From Alphaproteobacteria bacterium (GTDB taxonomy: Bacteria > Pseudomonadota > Alphaproteobacteria > RF32 > CAG-239), in assembly GCA_045603405.1 (NCBI GenBank), contig JAZUMA010000015.1:54933-118932 (forward strand): DNA of 64,000 nucleotides, read 5' to 3'. Below, piece after piece: positions 20,290 through 29,614 of this stretch (the first letter of the stretch is position 1; each line of letters starts with the position of its first letter). The translations under genes were made by a program, and so were the position numbers. The notes beneath the pieces are model-generated. The model worked only from the letters and a program-made list of their open reading frames with translations, did no database searches and was not told the origin of the DNA.

Positions 20290-20595
20290 TATGAAAAATG
20301 GCGGAAATTTTGAGCTAATAGAGATGGGTACAAGGGAAACCAAAATTTTAATGTATACCAATAAAGCGAAAAATTTGAGATGGATAGAAGTGAATGTCCG
20401 ATACATAAATGGCAGAAAATTTTGAGCTAATAAAGATGGCTACGAGGGAAACCAAAATTTTAATGTATACCCATAAAGCGAAAAATTTGAGATGGATAGA
20501 AGTGAATGTCCGGTGGCAAAAATTTTAGTTTACATCGTAGTAAATGAATTTTTGCCAATCCGGCCTCCATTCACGATTAGACACTCAAATTTTAT
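20290..20595. repeat. Repeat family B copy 1: two tandem ~110-bp units plus terminal hairpin between convergent pnp and pfkA
   Basis: Units ggc.gaaaattttgagctaata.agatgg.tac.agggaaaccaaaattttaatgtatacc.ataaagcgaaaaatttgagatggatagaagtgaatgtcc x2, then imperfect inverted arm ccattcacgattagacactcaaattt. Confidence 0.7.
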
Positions 20596-21675
20596 CTAGA
20601 TTTCTCCGATATACATCCCCATCTCAACAGCCGCTTTCACATAAACGCTGTCAGGAGATAGCATCGTTGTCCCGCAAGCCACAACATCATCTAAAGGATA
20701 TGTTTTAATCTGATCCCCGTCAAGAGCCACCATCACATCAGTATGTCCTTCATACAATAGCTCAACAGCGCGTGCCCCGAATGCGGAAGCCAAAGCGCGA
20801 TCAAAAGCTGTCGGATCACCGGCACGTTGCACATGTCCGAGTTTAGTCACACGCGTTTGAAATTCTGAGTAGCGAGCATTTAAAGCCGCACTCAAATATT
20901 CACCGATACCGCCGTTAATTTTTTCACCGATAAGATTCTTTGCACTGGAAACCGCCTCGCCCGTTTCGGTATGTACCCCCTCAGATACAACAATAATCGC
21001 ATGATTTCTGCCTGATGCTTTAATACTCTTTAATTTATTAATAATACCATCAATCGTATAAGGAATTTCCGGCACCAAACAAACATCTGCAAAACCGGCA
21101 ACGGCAGAGTGCATTGCCAAGTGACCGGCATCACGTCCCATCACTTCCAAAATCAGTGCACGTTGGTGTGAACGAGCCGTTTTCCACAATGCATCTATTG
21201 CCTCCACACAAACCTGCCTTGCAGAATCAAAACCGACAGAATATTGTGTTTTTGGCGTATCATTATCAATCGTTTTCGGAATACCAACCATTTTAACGCC
21301 GGCATTATGACAATAATTGCTTACAATATTCATACTGCCGTCTCCGCCGACAACAACAACTGCATCAAGCCCAAGCTCAGCTACACCTTTACCAAAACGC
21401 TCAGAAACAGCCTTTTGCGATTCCATCTTTACGCCTTTGTTCAAAGAACCGAGATAAGAACCGGCAAGCCTTGGCCATGGGCTGTCCGAAAAATTCCGTT
21501 CCGTTAAAATTTCATATGAAAGAGGCGTCTCCGTCAATCCGTCTGTTCCGTTGTGAATACCATAAACTTCCCAGCCGTATTTTGTGGAAGAACGAACAAC
21601 CGAAGAAACAACTGCATTTAATCCGGCGCAATCCCCACCGCTTGTTAAAATACCGATTTTTTTAATATTAGTCAT
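20596..21675 (-). CDS. pfkA: 6-phosphofructokinase (PFK-A family; ATP- vs PPi-dependence not decidable by eye)
   Basis: 359 aa; GILTSGGDCAGLNA, VVVGGDGS, GIPKTIDNDT and MGRDAGHLA motifs of PFK-A. Confidence 0.85.
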   Translation of the reverse strand: MTNIKKIGILTSGGDCAGLNAVVSSVVRSSTKYGWEVYGIHNGTDGLTETPLSYEILTERNFSDSPWPRLAGSYLGSLNKGVKMESQKAVSERFGKGVAELGLDAVVVVGGDGSMNIVSNYCHNAGVKMVGIPKTIDNDTPKTQYSVGFDSARQVCVEAIDALWKTARSHQRALILEVMGRDAGHLAMHSAVAGFADVCLVPEIPYTIDGIINKLKSIKASGRNHAIIVVSEGVHTETGEAVSSAKNLIGEKINGGIGEYLSAALNARYSEFQTRVTKLGHVQRAGDPTAFDRALASAFGARAVELLYEGHTDVMVALDGDQIKTYPLDDVVACGTTMLSPDSVYVKAAVEMGMYIGEI

Positions 21676-21884
21676 AATTTTTAATTCCTCATTTCATAAT
21701 TTTTTAGTCCTTTGAAGCATTGATAACTTATAATTTTAATAATGCCAACACATTTTAACATTTTTCACTATTTTTTTGAAAAACACATACAAATTTTCTT
21801 GCTTTTTTCTTTAAAATAGAGTATACTATGCCCAGAAAAAGTGAGAATCGCAAAAGCGACAAAAATTTAGAGGAGTAAACAGCA

Positions 21885-22100
21885 ATGTCTATTAATAACA
21901 ATTCTTTTAACAAACTTCAAGTACAACTTTGTGAGCTGAAGTTGGAGAAAAGAAGAGTCGATGCAGATATAAAAAAGCTGGTTAAAGGCAAGCAATTAAT
22001 AGATTTTTATCAAGCACAACAATTAAATCACCAAAACACAAGTGTAAAAAGTAAAATTCAAAAAGTAGAAACCTTGATAAATCCGAATATTATTGCTTAA
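21885..22100 (+). CDS. small hypothetical coiled-coil protein
   Basis: 71-aa ORF with AGAGGAG SD 9 nt upstream; no homology recognised. Confidence 0.35.
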   Translation: MSINNNSFNKLQVQLCELKLEKRRVDADIKKLVKGKQLIDFYQAQQLNHQNTSVKSKIQKVETLINPNIIA

Positions 22101-22158
22101 ACATCATCGCATGGTCAAAAGCCGTGCCAAGTGCATATTTTTAAATCAGGTAGTTCCT

Positions 22159-23313
22159 ATGAAAAGCAGCAAATATACAACTTTATTTTTAGTTTTATTT
22201 GCTGCTTTAATTTTTTTCTCTGCCGTTTACATCCTATTTATCTACAAAACTGATTACTTAAAAATCTACGTTGTCTATTATAAACCGGCACCGTTAATTA
22301 AATCAGATATATTCGAGCCGATACAAGCCGGTCGCAAAATTGCCGATACATCATCAAGACAAGGTACTTTTTCTCAAGAGCAAATAAATTGGCTCAACAA
22401 CAATATGATTGGTGATGATACCGGCGCTAATATTTCTGAATTAAATCGTTCTTTTGCAGAAATAACCGCTCTTTATTGGCTATGGAAAAATACATCCTCA
22501 CCTTTTATCGGCATGTTCCAATACCGCCGTTTTTTAAGCATAAATGCCAATACACATTACCCGACAGTTGCTTTTCCATCCATGCGTTTTCATCATTTAG
22601 GCATCAAGCATTTAGAAACATTTTCCAAACAATTCCTGCGTGATTTAGAATTAGAAAAAAAATTTATTCTCCCTTGGTTTGCCACTCATGATATTTTACT
22701 TGCAGAACCGATAAAGCTAAATACCTACCAGCAATACCAAGAAGAACATAACATTAAAGATTTAGACCGTGCGCTTGCCATTCTCAAACAAAAATACCCT
22801 GAAATGTATAACTTTGCATTGGCAGATATAAACAGCGAGGCCGGTTTTTACCCTGCAAACTTATTCATCACCAAAAGAGAAATCTTAAACAATTATGCTG
22901 AATGGTTGTTTAGCATTTTACTACCGCTATATGATGAAATAAAAGACGAAGTTAATATGCGCGACACAGAACAAAAATTAGCTTTCGCTTATCTGGCTGA
23001 ACGTCTGTTCACTATATACTTTCGCTACCAAGCTAAATATCATGGTTTAAGAATTAAAGAATTCCCGTTTGCTCTAGCCTCAGATTTCTTTGAACCGCCT
23101 GCCGGAATTCCTTTTTTAAGTCTAAAGACAACTGAATGGCAAGACTTATTTTTAGATCAAAACGATGGCCGGCTATGTAGTTTTAACAACGCCTACCGCA
23201 ATTGCGGTAAATATCAATTTCTACCGCAAAACCGCCTCAAAATCAAATGGGATAACGGTGGCACATCTTATTTTTACCATACCCAAAGCAACAAATTTGA
23301 GTTAGAAAAATAG
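22159..23313 (+). CDS. DUF4422-like putative glycosyltransferase with N-terminal TM anchor
   Basis: Track ORF 22093-23313 trimmed to internal ATG 22159 (MKSSKYTTLFLVLFAALIFF...); motif ELNRSFAEITALYWLWKN...IGMFQYRRFL matches the DUF4422 hallmark (E.Y..W.N...G...YRR). Confidence 0.5.
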   Translation: MKSSKYTTLFLVLFAALIFFSAVYILFIYKTDYLKIYVVYYKPAPLIKSDIFEPIQAGRKIADTSSRQGTFSQEQINWLNNNMIGDDTGANISELNRSFAEITALYWLWKNTSSPFIGMFQYRRFLSINANTHYPTVAFPSMRFHHLGIKHLETFSKQFLRDLELEKKFILPWFATHDILLAEPIKLNTYQQYQEEHNIKDLDRALAILKQKYPEMYNFALADINSEAGFYPANLFITKREILNNYAEWLFSILLPLYDEIKDEVNMRDTEQKLAFAYLAERLFTIYFRYQAKYHGLRIKEFPFALASDFFEPPAGIPFLSLKTTEWQDLFLDQNDGRLCSFNNAYRNCGKYQFLPQNRLKIKWDNGGTSYFYHTQSNKFELEK

Positions 23314-23352
23314 CCATTGACACAACATAGATATTAAGATTTACAAAAAAAC

Positions 23353-24342
23353 TTATTTATATACATATGTTATAATACAACCTCTACCACACGCATCACA
23401 TGTCACACCATCTCCCATATTTTCGACCGAAACATAGACAGTTCTTAATCTGGCATTTGGCGGATAAACACCTTTTGTTAAAGCATTACATTCTTCTACT
23501 GAAACACCATTAAGATGAATTTTAAAGCCTTTGATATTTGCGGCACTATCAATAACAACTTCTTTTCCCAACTCAGAAACAATCATATCACTCCCGCTTG
23601 AGCTATCATACATTTCTTCCGGAACAGCACCAATTTGCATAGCAGAAAGATTGTTTAACCCTTGAAAATTGTTCCCATTAGAATATTTTGTAAAAACATT
23701 CATTGCAATTTGATCAATTTGTGTTATCGTCTTGTTAACCGCAAAGTTGGATATACCTTTTTTTATACCATGACCAACTCCCTTTGAAAAATAGACACCA
23801 AAAACTAGAAGAGATATTCCCAAAGTAGCACCGATAACAATACCGATAATAATTTTACTGGTCTTTTTTTGTCTTGGCGTCTCAATAATCGGATCCCCCC
23901 ATTCATTATCCCTTGAATATCCTTTACAGCAAATAAGATAAAGGCACTTGATTTGCCACCATATTGCACAAGGTATGAAAATAAAAGCCAAAAAAGTTAA
24001 CTTGTAACACAACACCCTCAAAAGAATCAAAAAACCTATCCACTTAAAGTACCAACTTATACTTTTATCAACATCATGAAGCCGCCGAAAGAAAATCGTA
24101 ATATTTGGCACAAACACTAAAAGCCCATACAAGCCAACTAACTTAGGTACAAATATGAGTAGGCATCCCAAAATAAAATTAATTAGAGTAAACCCCCAAT
24201 AATCATACCTTGAAGTACGCCCCTTGAAATTAAAATAATTGCGAAAAGCATTAATATAGGCTTCAAAAATAGATGAACTTGCTCTATTTACAGTTTTTTC
24301 AACAGTTTCAAAATTATCCATAAGACGGTCCTCCAGTTTCAC
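23353..24342 (-). CDS. DUF805 (YhaH-like) inner-membrane protein with extra C-terminal Cys-containing domain
   Basis: 329 aa; FKGRTSRYDYWGFTLINFILGCLLIF matches DUF805 signature (GR.SR.EYW.F.L); 4-5 TM segments. Confidence 0.55.
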   Translation of the reverse strand: MKLEDRLMDNFETVEKTVNRASSSIFEAYINAFRNYFNFKGRTSRYDYWGFTLINFILGCLLIFVPKLVGLYGLLVFVPNITIFFRRLHDVDKSISWYFKWIGFLILLRVLCYKLTFLAFIFIPCAIWWQIKCLYLICCKGYSRDNEWGDPIIETPRQKKTSKIIIGIVIGATLGISLLVFGVYFSKGVGHGIKKGISNFAVNKTITQIDQIAMNVFTKYSNGNNFQGLNNLSAMQIGAVPEEMYDSSSGSDMIVSELGKEVVIDSAANIKGFKIHLNGVSVEECNALTKGVYPPNARLRTVYVSVENMGDGVTCDACGRGCIITYVYK

Positions 24343-24533
24343 TTCAATTCTTACTTAATATAAAAATAAACTTAAAAAACAATTAAAGCAAAAAATCTCT
24401 CACCTTTCCTTTTCGTCATCATTAAAACCTCTTAAATATTCCTAAATTTTCCCTTCTTTAACCAAACATAAACCTTATACATGTTACACTCTCACCCGAA
24501 TTCGGATTAAATATTCAGCTTAAGGAAAAAATA

Positions 24534-26426
24534 ATGCATTCAATCAATTCACTTATTGTTGACTTGACTTTAATCACTATCTACGCCGGTATTACTACAC
24601 TTTTATGCAAAAAATTAAAACAACCACTGGTATTGGGCTACATTTTAGCCGGTATTTTCGCCGGTCCTTATTTTAGTTTTCTACCCACCATCAGCAATAA
24701 AGAAGACGTGACGCTTTGGGCAGATATCGGCATTATTTTCCTGTTATTCGGCTTAGGTCTGGAATTTAGCTTTAAAAAAATGCTCAATGTCGGTAAAGCC
24801 GCTATGATAACCGCCAATGCAAACATTTTGTTCATGCTTTTTTTAGGTTACAACACGGGTTTATTGCTTGGCTGGAGCACAATGGATAGCTTTTTCTTAG
24901 GTTCAATGATATCCATGTCCTCTACCACAATTATCATCAAAGCTTTCAATGATTTAAACATCAAAAAACAGAAATTTACCGACCTTGTTTTTGGTGTATT
25001 GATTGTTGAAGATTTAATGGGCATCTTAATGCTGGTCTTACTTCCCACCATTGCCATGGGTAGCCATATTGATGGTGCAGCACTGGGTTTGAGCGCATTG
25101 AAACTTATTTTCTTTTTAACGCTATGTTTTATAACCGGCATTTATTTAGTTCCCACATTTTTAGATAAAGTACAAAAACTTTTAACCGATGAAATGCTTT
25201 TGCTAATTACCATCAGCTTATGTTTCGGCATGGTTCTGCTTGCCACTTCTTCCGGCTTTTCTTCTGCATTAGGGGCTTTCTTAATGGGCTCCATTTTATC
25301 TGAAACAGAGTTAATCGACCGCATAGAAAAAAATCTCCGCCCTCTGAAAGACTTTTTTGGTGCCGTATTCTTCGTTTCCGTCGGTATGATGGTTGATCCG
25401 ATGATGATTATTACTTACGCCAAACCGATTATTGTTATTACCATAATTGTTTTACTGGGAATTACCACTTTTTCTATGTTAGGTTTTGTCGCTTCTGGTC
25501 AAAACTTAAAAACAGCCGTTTCCGGTGCATTTTCATTAGCCCAAGTCGGTGAATTTGCCTTTATTATTGCCACATTAGGTATGAGTTTAGGTGTATTATC
25601 AGATAAAGTCTATCCGATTATTGTGACCGTTTCCGTAGTAACCACCTTTATTACACCGATGATGATAAAGTCAGCCGATAAAGCCTATAAATTCCTAAAC
25701 AAACATCTCCCTCAATCATGGCTGGAATACATCAACAAATATTCCTCCACCGCAACTGTTACCCATAGCGAAGAACGTTTATGGAGCGCTTTATTTAAAA
25801 ATTATCTCATTCGCCTGACTTTATTTTCGATTATTTTATACAGTATTATCATTTTAGCCCTCGCTGTTCGCCCATTTGTCCGCGAGGCCATTCCTTACCG
25901 TATACCGGCTAATATCTTTATGACAACCATTACCCTTCTTTGTATGGCTCCATTTTTAAAAGCTCTCATTGGTTGGAACATTATTACCAGTAAATTTATC
26001 AAAGCCAAATTACCATGGTTTTTCCCGCAAAAAAAATCTGATGAAGAAATAGAAGCAGATAGTCAAGAAGAAAAAGAACCGACAAAAGTTGCTGCCATCA
26101 AAACAGCCATAGACCAAAAAACAACTCGCTTAAGAAACTTCTTTACCAGCAAAAACCAAGTATCAAAAATATACTACAAACTATGGATGGCCAAAAAAGC
26201 CAACCGCTTACCATTAATCATTCTAACCAGTTTCCGCATCTTGGTTTCTTCATTTTTCATTGTTACGGTCGTTCACAAATTTTTAAGTGAAAACCCGCGC
26301 TTAACTTTATTCCTGGTTATTTTAACCATTTTCTTTGTCTTGCGCTCCCGCTGGCTGTTAGATCAATACCTCAGAATAGAAAGTCAATTTTTACGCAATC
26401 TACAAGGTCATGAACCTAAAGAATAA
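24534..26426 (+). CDS. monovalent cation:proton antiporter (CPA2 / Kef-type Na+/H+ exchanger family)
   Basis: 630 aa, ~12 TM helices with CPA-type motifs; hydrophobic C-terminal extension. Confidence 0.7.
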   Translation: MHSINSLIVDLTLITIYAGITTLLCKKLKQPLVLGYILAGIFAGPYFSFLPTISNKEDVTLWADIGIIFLLFGLGLEFSFKKMLNVGKAAMITANANILFMLFLGYNTGLLLGWSTMDSFFLGSMISMSSTTIIIKAFNDLNIKKQKFTDLVFGVLIVEDLMGILMLVLLPTIAMGSHIDGAALGLSALKLIFFLTLCFITGIYLVPTFLDKVQKLLTDEMLLLITISLCFGMVLLATSSGFSSALGAFLMGSILSETELIDRIEKNLRPLKDFFGAVFFVSVGMMVDPMMIITYAKPIIVITIIVLLGITTFSMLGFVASGQNLKTAVSGAFSLAQVGEFAFIIATLGMSLGVLSDKVYPIIVTVSVVTTFITPMMIKSADKAYKFLNKHLPQSWLEYINKYSSTATVTHSEERLWSALFKNYLIRLTLFSIILYSIIILALAVRPFVREAIPYRIPANIFMTTITLLCMAPFLKALIGWNIITSKFIKAKLPWFFPQKKSDEEIEADSQEEKEPTKVAAIKTAIDQKTTRLRNFFTSKNQVSKIYYKLWMAKKANRLPLIILTSFRILVSSFFIVTVVHKFLSENPRLTLFLVILTIFFVLRSRWLLDQYLRIESQFLRNLQGHEPKE

Positions 26427-26432
26427 ATCAAA

Positions 26433-27182
26433 TTATTCTGCCCGAATGCGCTCGTACACATTATCCCATCCTTGATTATGTGTTGCACCATCAACCACCG
26501 TCACTGTTCCTTGAGATGCAAAATTTTCCACCAAAAATGGCAAAATAATCTTATCTTTTTTTCCGACATAATGTTTTTGCGGAAGTGAAAGATACAAATC
26601 CCTATAATCAGCTAAATTAAGCGATTCACTTAATGGAGGCAAACGATGATACTTTGTCCATGCCAAATGGTCTAAATTTCCTCCGATTGTTACCAACTTC
26701 TGCACGTTCACCTCTTTTTCCGTCACCGCCACCAAACCGGCAACCTGTGCTCCGCCGGAAAAACCAACCAACGTAACCTTCTGTCCACCGCTGATTATCT
26801 TAATCGCTTGAGCTTCAGAAGAAACAACCTCCGGTGCAAAACGTGCCGTTGTCCAATATTTTTGCTTACATTTCGTATCTTTAACAAACTGACAAGGTCT
26901 TGCTAAATAGGCAACGTTTTCGTGTTCATCACCAAAAGCAATCTCACGCAAGAGTGTTCCCTTTGGTGTCGGATTCATACTCGGTCTGCCGTCAGCCGCA
27001 AAAGCCGCCCCGTCACCTTCAACATATATTTTAAAAGGCGCCTTAGGATTAGTTATTTTCTGCCAACTTGCAAGTGTAAATTTATCAGTTTTAATTTCTT
27101 TATACGCAAAATCTGCCGGAACTTGTATCGTCGCCTGACATCCGCACAGCATAAGCAACAGCATTAAGATTTTTTTTCGCAC
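26433..27182 (-). CDS. alpha/beta-hydrolase-fold lipoprotein (possibly VirJ/AcvB-like)
   Basis: 249 aa; signal peptide with LCGC lipobox; nucleophile elbow GFSGG; no other family detail certain. Confidence 0.5.
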   Translation of the reverse strand: MRKKILMLLLMLCGCQATIQVPADFAYKEIKTDKFTLASWQKITNPKAPFKIYVEGDGAAFAADGRPSMNPTPKGTLLREIAFGDEHENVAYLARPCQFVKDTKCKQKYWTTARFAPEVVSSEAQAIKIISGGQKVTLVGFSGGAQVAGLVAVTEKEVNVQKLVTIGGNLDHLAWTKYHRLPPLSESLNLADYRDLYLSLPQKHYVGKKDKIILPFLVENFASQGTVTVVDGATHNQGWDNVYERIRAE

Positions 27183-27345
27183 AAAACAGTCCTCTCATTT
27201 TAAAATATGCTTATCAAAAATCAAGAAACAGTATAATCAAAAACATCAAAAATGCAACGTTTTACCCCAAATAATAACAAATAAAAGCCCATAAAAAAAG
27301 AGTTTCAATCCCATCTTATAAAAGACAAGAAAGAAACTCTTTTTT

Positions 27346-27858
27346 TTACGCCTCAGATTTATTTACCCATCGAATATCACCCGGCTTCGGAACATAAAAC
27401 AAAGGGATGAGTGACGTGGTAAAATTAACCATTAACACAACATTGAGAATTGTAAAACTCATGTGTACCATGGCATAAAGCCCAGCTGGGGCTAAAATTG
27501 TAATAATTAACGCAAACAACCAAGACTGCTGCCGCCCCCATTGTTGAGAAACTCTCCAGCCGACATACGGAGCCACAATTACCAAAATACATAAATGAAG
27601 CTCATCTACCGGTTGCACTTCCATAGCCGTAAGCATTGCACCCACACTAAGAGCATACATCCACGTCGTCGAATCCTCTTTGCTAAATTTCATCACGGCG
27701 ATAACAACAACCACAAAGACAACCATTGCAGCCCAAAAAGCTTTACCAATAAATGCAGCATAACCAAGTTGCAACACAGCAGCCGCAGTTGTAATAATAC
27801 AAACACAGTCAATAAAATCATAGACCGCAGCCAAAAATTCAAGAGAAATTTTTTTCAT
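27346..27858 (-). CDS. hypothetical membrane protein (4-5 TM)
   Basis: 170-aa ORF, strongly hydrophobic. Confidence 0.45.
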   Translation of the reverse strand: MKKISLEFLAAVYDFIDCVCIITTAAAVLQLGYAAFIGKAFWAAMVVFVVVVIAVMKFSKEDSTTWMYALSVGAMLTAMEVQPVDELHLCILVIVAPYVGWRVSQQWGRQQSWLFALIITILAPAGLYAMVHMSFTILNVVLMVNFTTSLIPLFYVPKPGDIRWVNKSEA

Positions 27859-27951
27859 ACCATAAAAATTTTTAAGTTATAACAAAAAAAATTAAAACTA
27901 ACGAGATACTATCATTTTTTGACAATTCTGTCAACACAAAAAATATAAAAA

Positions 27952-28285
27952 AATGATGATTGTCGAGCCTCCTCGACTTTGGGATGGATAGAAGTGAATG
28001 CCTTGTGGTAGAAATTTTAGATACACAAAAAAGTAATGGGTGTCGAGCCTCCTCGACTTTGAGATGGATAGAAGTGAATGTCTTCTGACATAAATTTTAG
28101 TGTACATAGAAGTACATGAATTTATGTCATGAAGCACCATTCACAATTTAGACGCTCTCCATACGAAATTAAAGGAAATTTGAGATGGATAGAAGTGAAT
28201 GTCTTCTGACATAAATTTTAGTGTACATAGAAGTACATGAATTTATGTCATGAAGCACCATTCACAATTTAGACGCTCAAATTTC
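27952..28285. repeat. Repeat family B copy 2: gtcgagcctcctcgac mini-palindromes and two tandem ~115-bp hairpin units
   Basis: Unit ttgagatggatagaagtgaatgtcttctgacataaattttagtgtacatagaagtacatgaatttatgtcatgaagcaccattcacaatttagacgctc occurs twice (28060-28165, 28178-28283); arms tgacataaatt/aatttatgtca and gtgaatg/cattcac are inverted. Confidence 0.75.
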
Positions 28286-28287
28286 CT

Positions 28288-28596
28288 TTAATTTGCTGTA
28301 CCGAAGTTTTGCAAATTCTGTATAATTGTCGCTGCTGTTGATTGAGATTCAGCGCTGATTCCGGCTGATTGTAAAGCAAGTTTTTTCACGCAAATTGCAA
28401 CGAGTTCGTCAGAAGTTGCGGATATACCTTTTGCAAAAAGCGTACCGGCCTGAAATTTAGCAGTTGCCTCACTGACTAAACATGCACGCATTCTTGTTTT
28501 AATTGGAGCTTTAGCATCTGCGGTTGAATATTGAGAAACGGTATCACAACCGGCAAGCATCAACAATGTTGCCATACAAAATAGAATTTTTTTCAT
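28288..28596 (-). CDS. small hypothetical lipoprotein
   Basis: 102 aa; MKKILFCMATLLMLAGC lipoprotein signal. Confidence 0.45.
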   Translation of the reverse strand: MKKILFCMATLLMLAGCDTVSQYSTADAKAPIKTRMRACLVSEATAKFQAGTLFAKGISATSDELVAICVKKLALQSAGISAESQSTAATIIQNLQNFGTAN

Positions 28597-28858
28597 TTTT
28601 CCCTCTCTTAAAAATTAAACATTATGTTTATAAAACAAAAGGCATCTGCTGTCAAATATTTTGGGCTGACTTTCATTGATTTTTATTCTTGCTCTCAAAG
28701 ATCTGATAATTACAAAAAACGCTACCGCTTATTTTTACAATAAATTCAATATGTTAACAAATAATATTATAACTTTTATGACTAAAGATATATTGAACTT
28801 TTGTCTATTTTGTGGTATATTTAGATAATGAGGGATTTTATTATTAAAGGGGGGAGCC

Positions 28859-29554
28859 ATGAGATACAGTTCATCAGAAAACGGCCGCTCAATGATAGAA
28901 ATGCTAGGTGTTTTAGCTATTGTCGGCATCCTCTCCACAGGCGCAATTTCTGGTTATTCCAAAGCGATGCTAAAACACAAAACAAACAAAACTGTTGAAC
29001 TAATTACTCAAATGTCTATGGGAATCAAAACAGCCTTTTCAACACAAAAAAACTATTCAGGCTCAGGCAACATAGATACCCTCAATAAATTAGGCATTAT
29101 ACCTAGTAACATTATTAAAGAAGAACGTATCAATCTCAATAATACTCCTGGTCTAGGTAATGGCGGAGGCAGAGGTGGCAGAATCGGTATCGGAACAGGA
29201 TTAGGAAATCCAAATACACAGATAGCAGATAGAATTGTTAATACATGTTCTAATCCTTTTAATGGTGAAATAGAGGTAGTAGAGGCTGATAAAAAAGAAA
29301 CTGATGACCAAAAAGCTTTTATAGTCAGAGCCACCAATCTACCTACGGAAGCTTGCTCAACTTTAGTCTCATTGATCTGGAGTAACAGCGATGAAAGCCT
29401 TGTTTCAGTTGGTATTAATACAGAAGATGATATGCAATCTCCTGAATGCGAATCAAGCGATACTCTTTTCTGCGGAGATGAAGACGTCAGCGTAGCTGAA
29501 ATCATAAGTGCTTGCAATAATAATACTAACAATGTTGCTTTCAAATTCTACTAA
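28859..29554 (+). CDS. type IV pilin-like / pseudopilin protein (class III prepilin signal, Gly-rich middle, Cys-rich acidic C-terminus)
   Basis: 231 aa; N-terminus ENGRSMIEMLGVLAIVGILSTGAISGY = prepilin-peptidase site G|RSMIE with Glu+5 and hydrophobic helix; GGGRGGRIGIGTGLG tract; 6 Cys in C-terminal third. Confidence 0.6.
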   Translation: MRYSSSENGRSMIEMLGVLAIVGILSTGAISGYSKAMLKHKTNKTVELITQMSMGIKTAFSTQKNYSGSGNIDTLNKLGIIPSNIIKEERINLNNTPGLGNGGGRGGRIGIGTGLGNPNTQIADRIVNTCSNPFNGEIEVVEADKKETDDQKAFIVRATNLPTEACSTLVSLIWSNSDESLVSVGINTEDDMQSPECESSDTLFCGDEDVSVAEIISACNNNTNNVAFKFY

Positions 29555-29614
29555 TATATTGATAAAAAACAACTCACAAAAAAAACCGCCTTTCGGGGCG
29601 GTTTTTGCATTTTC

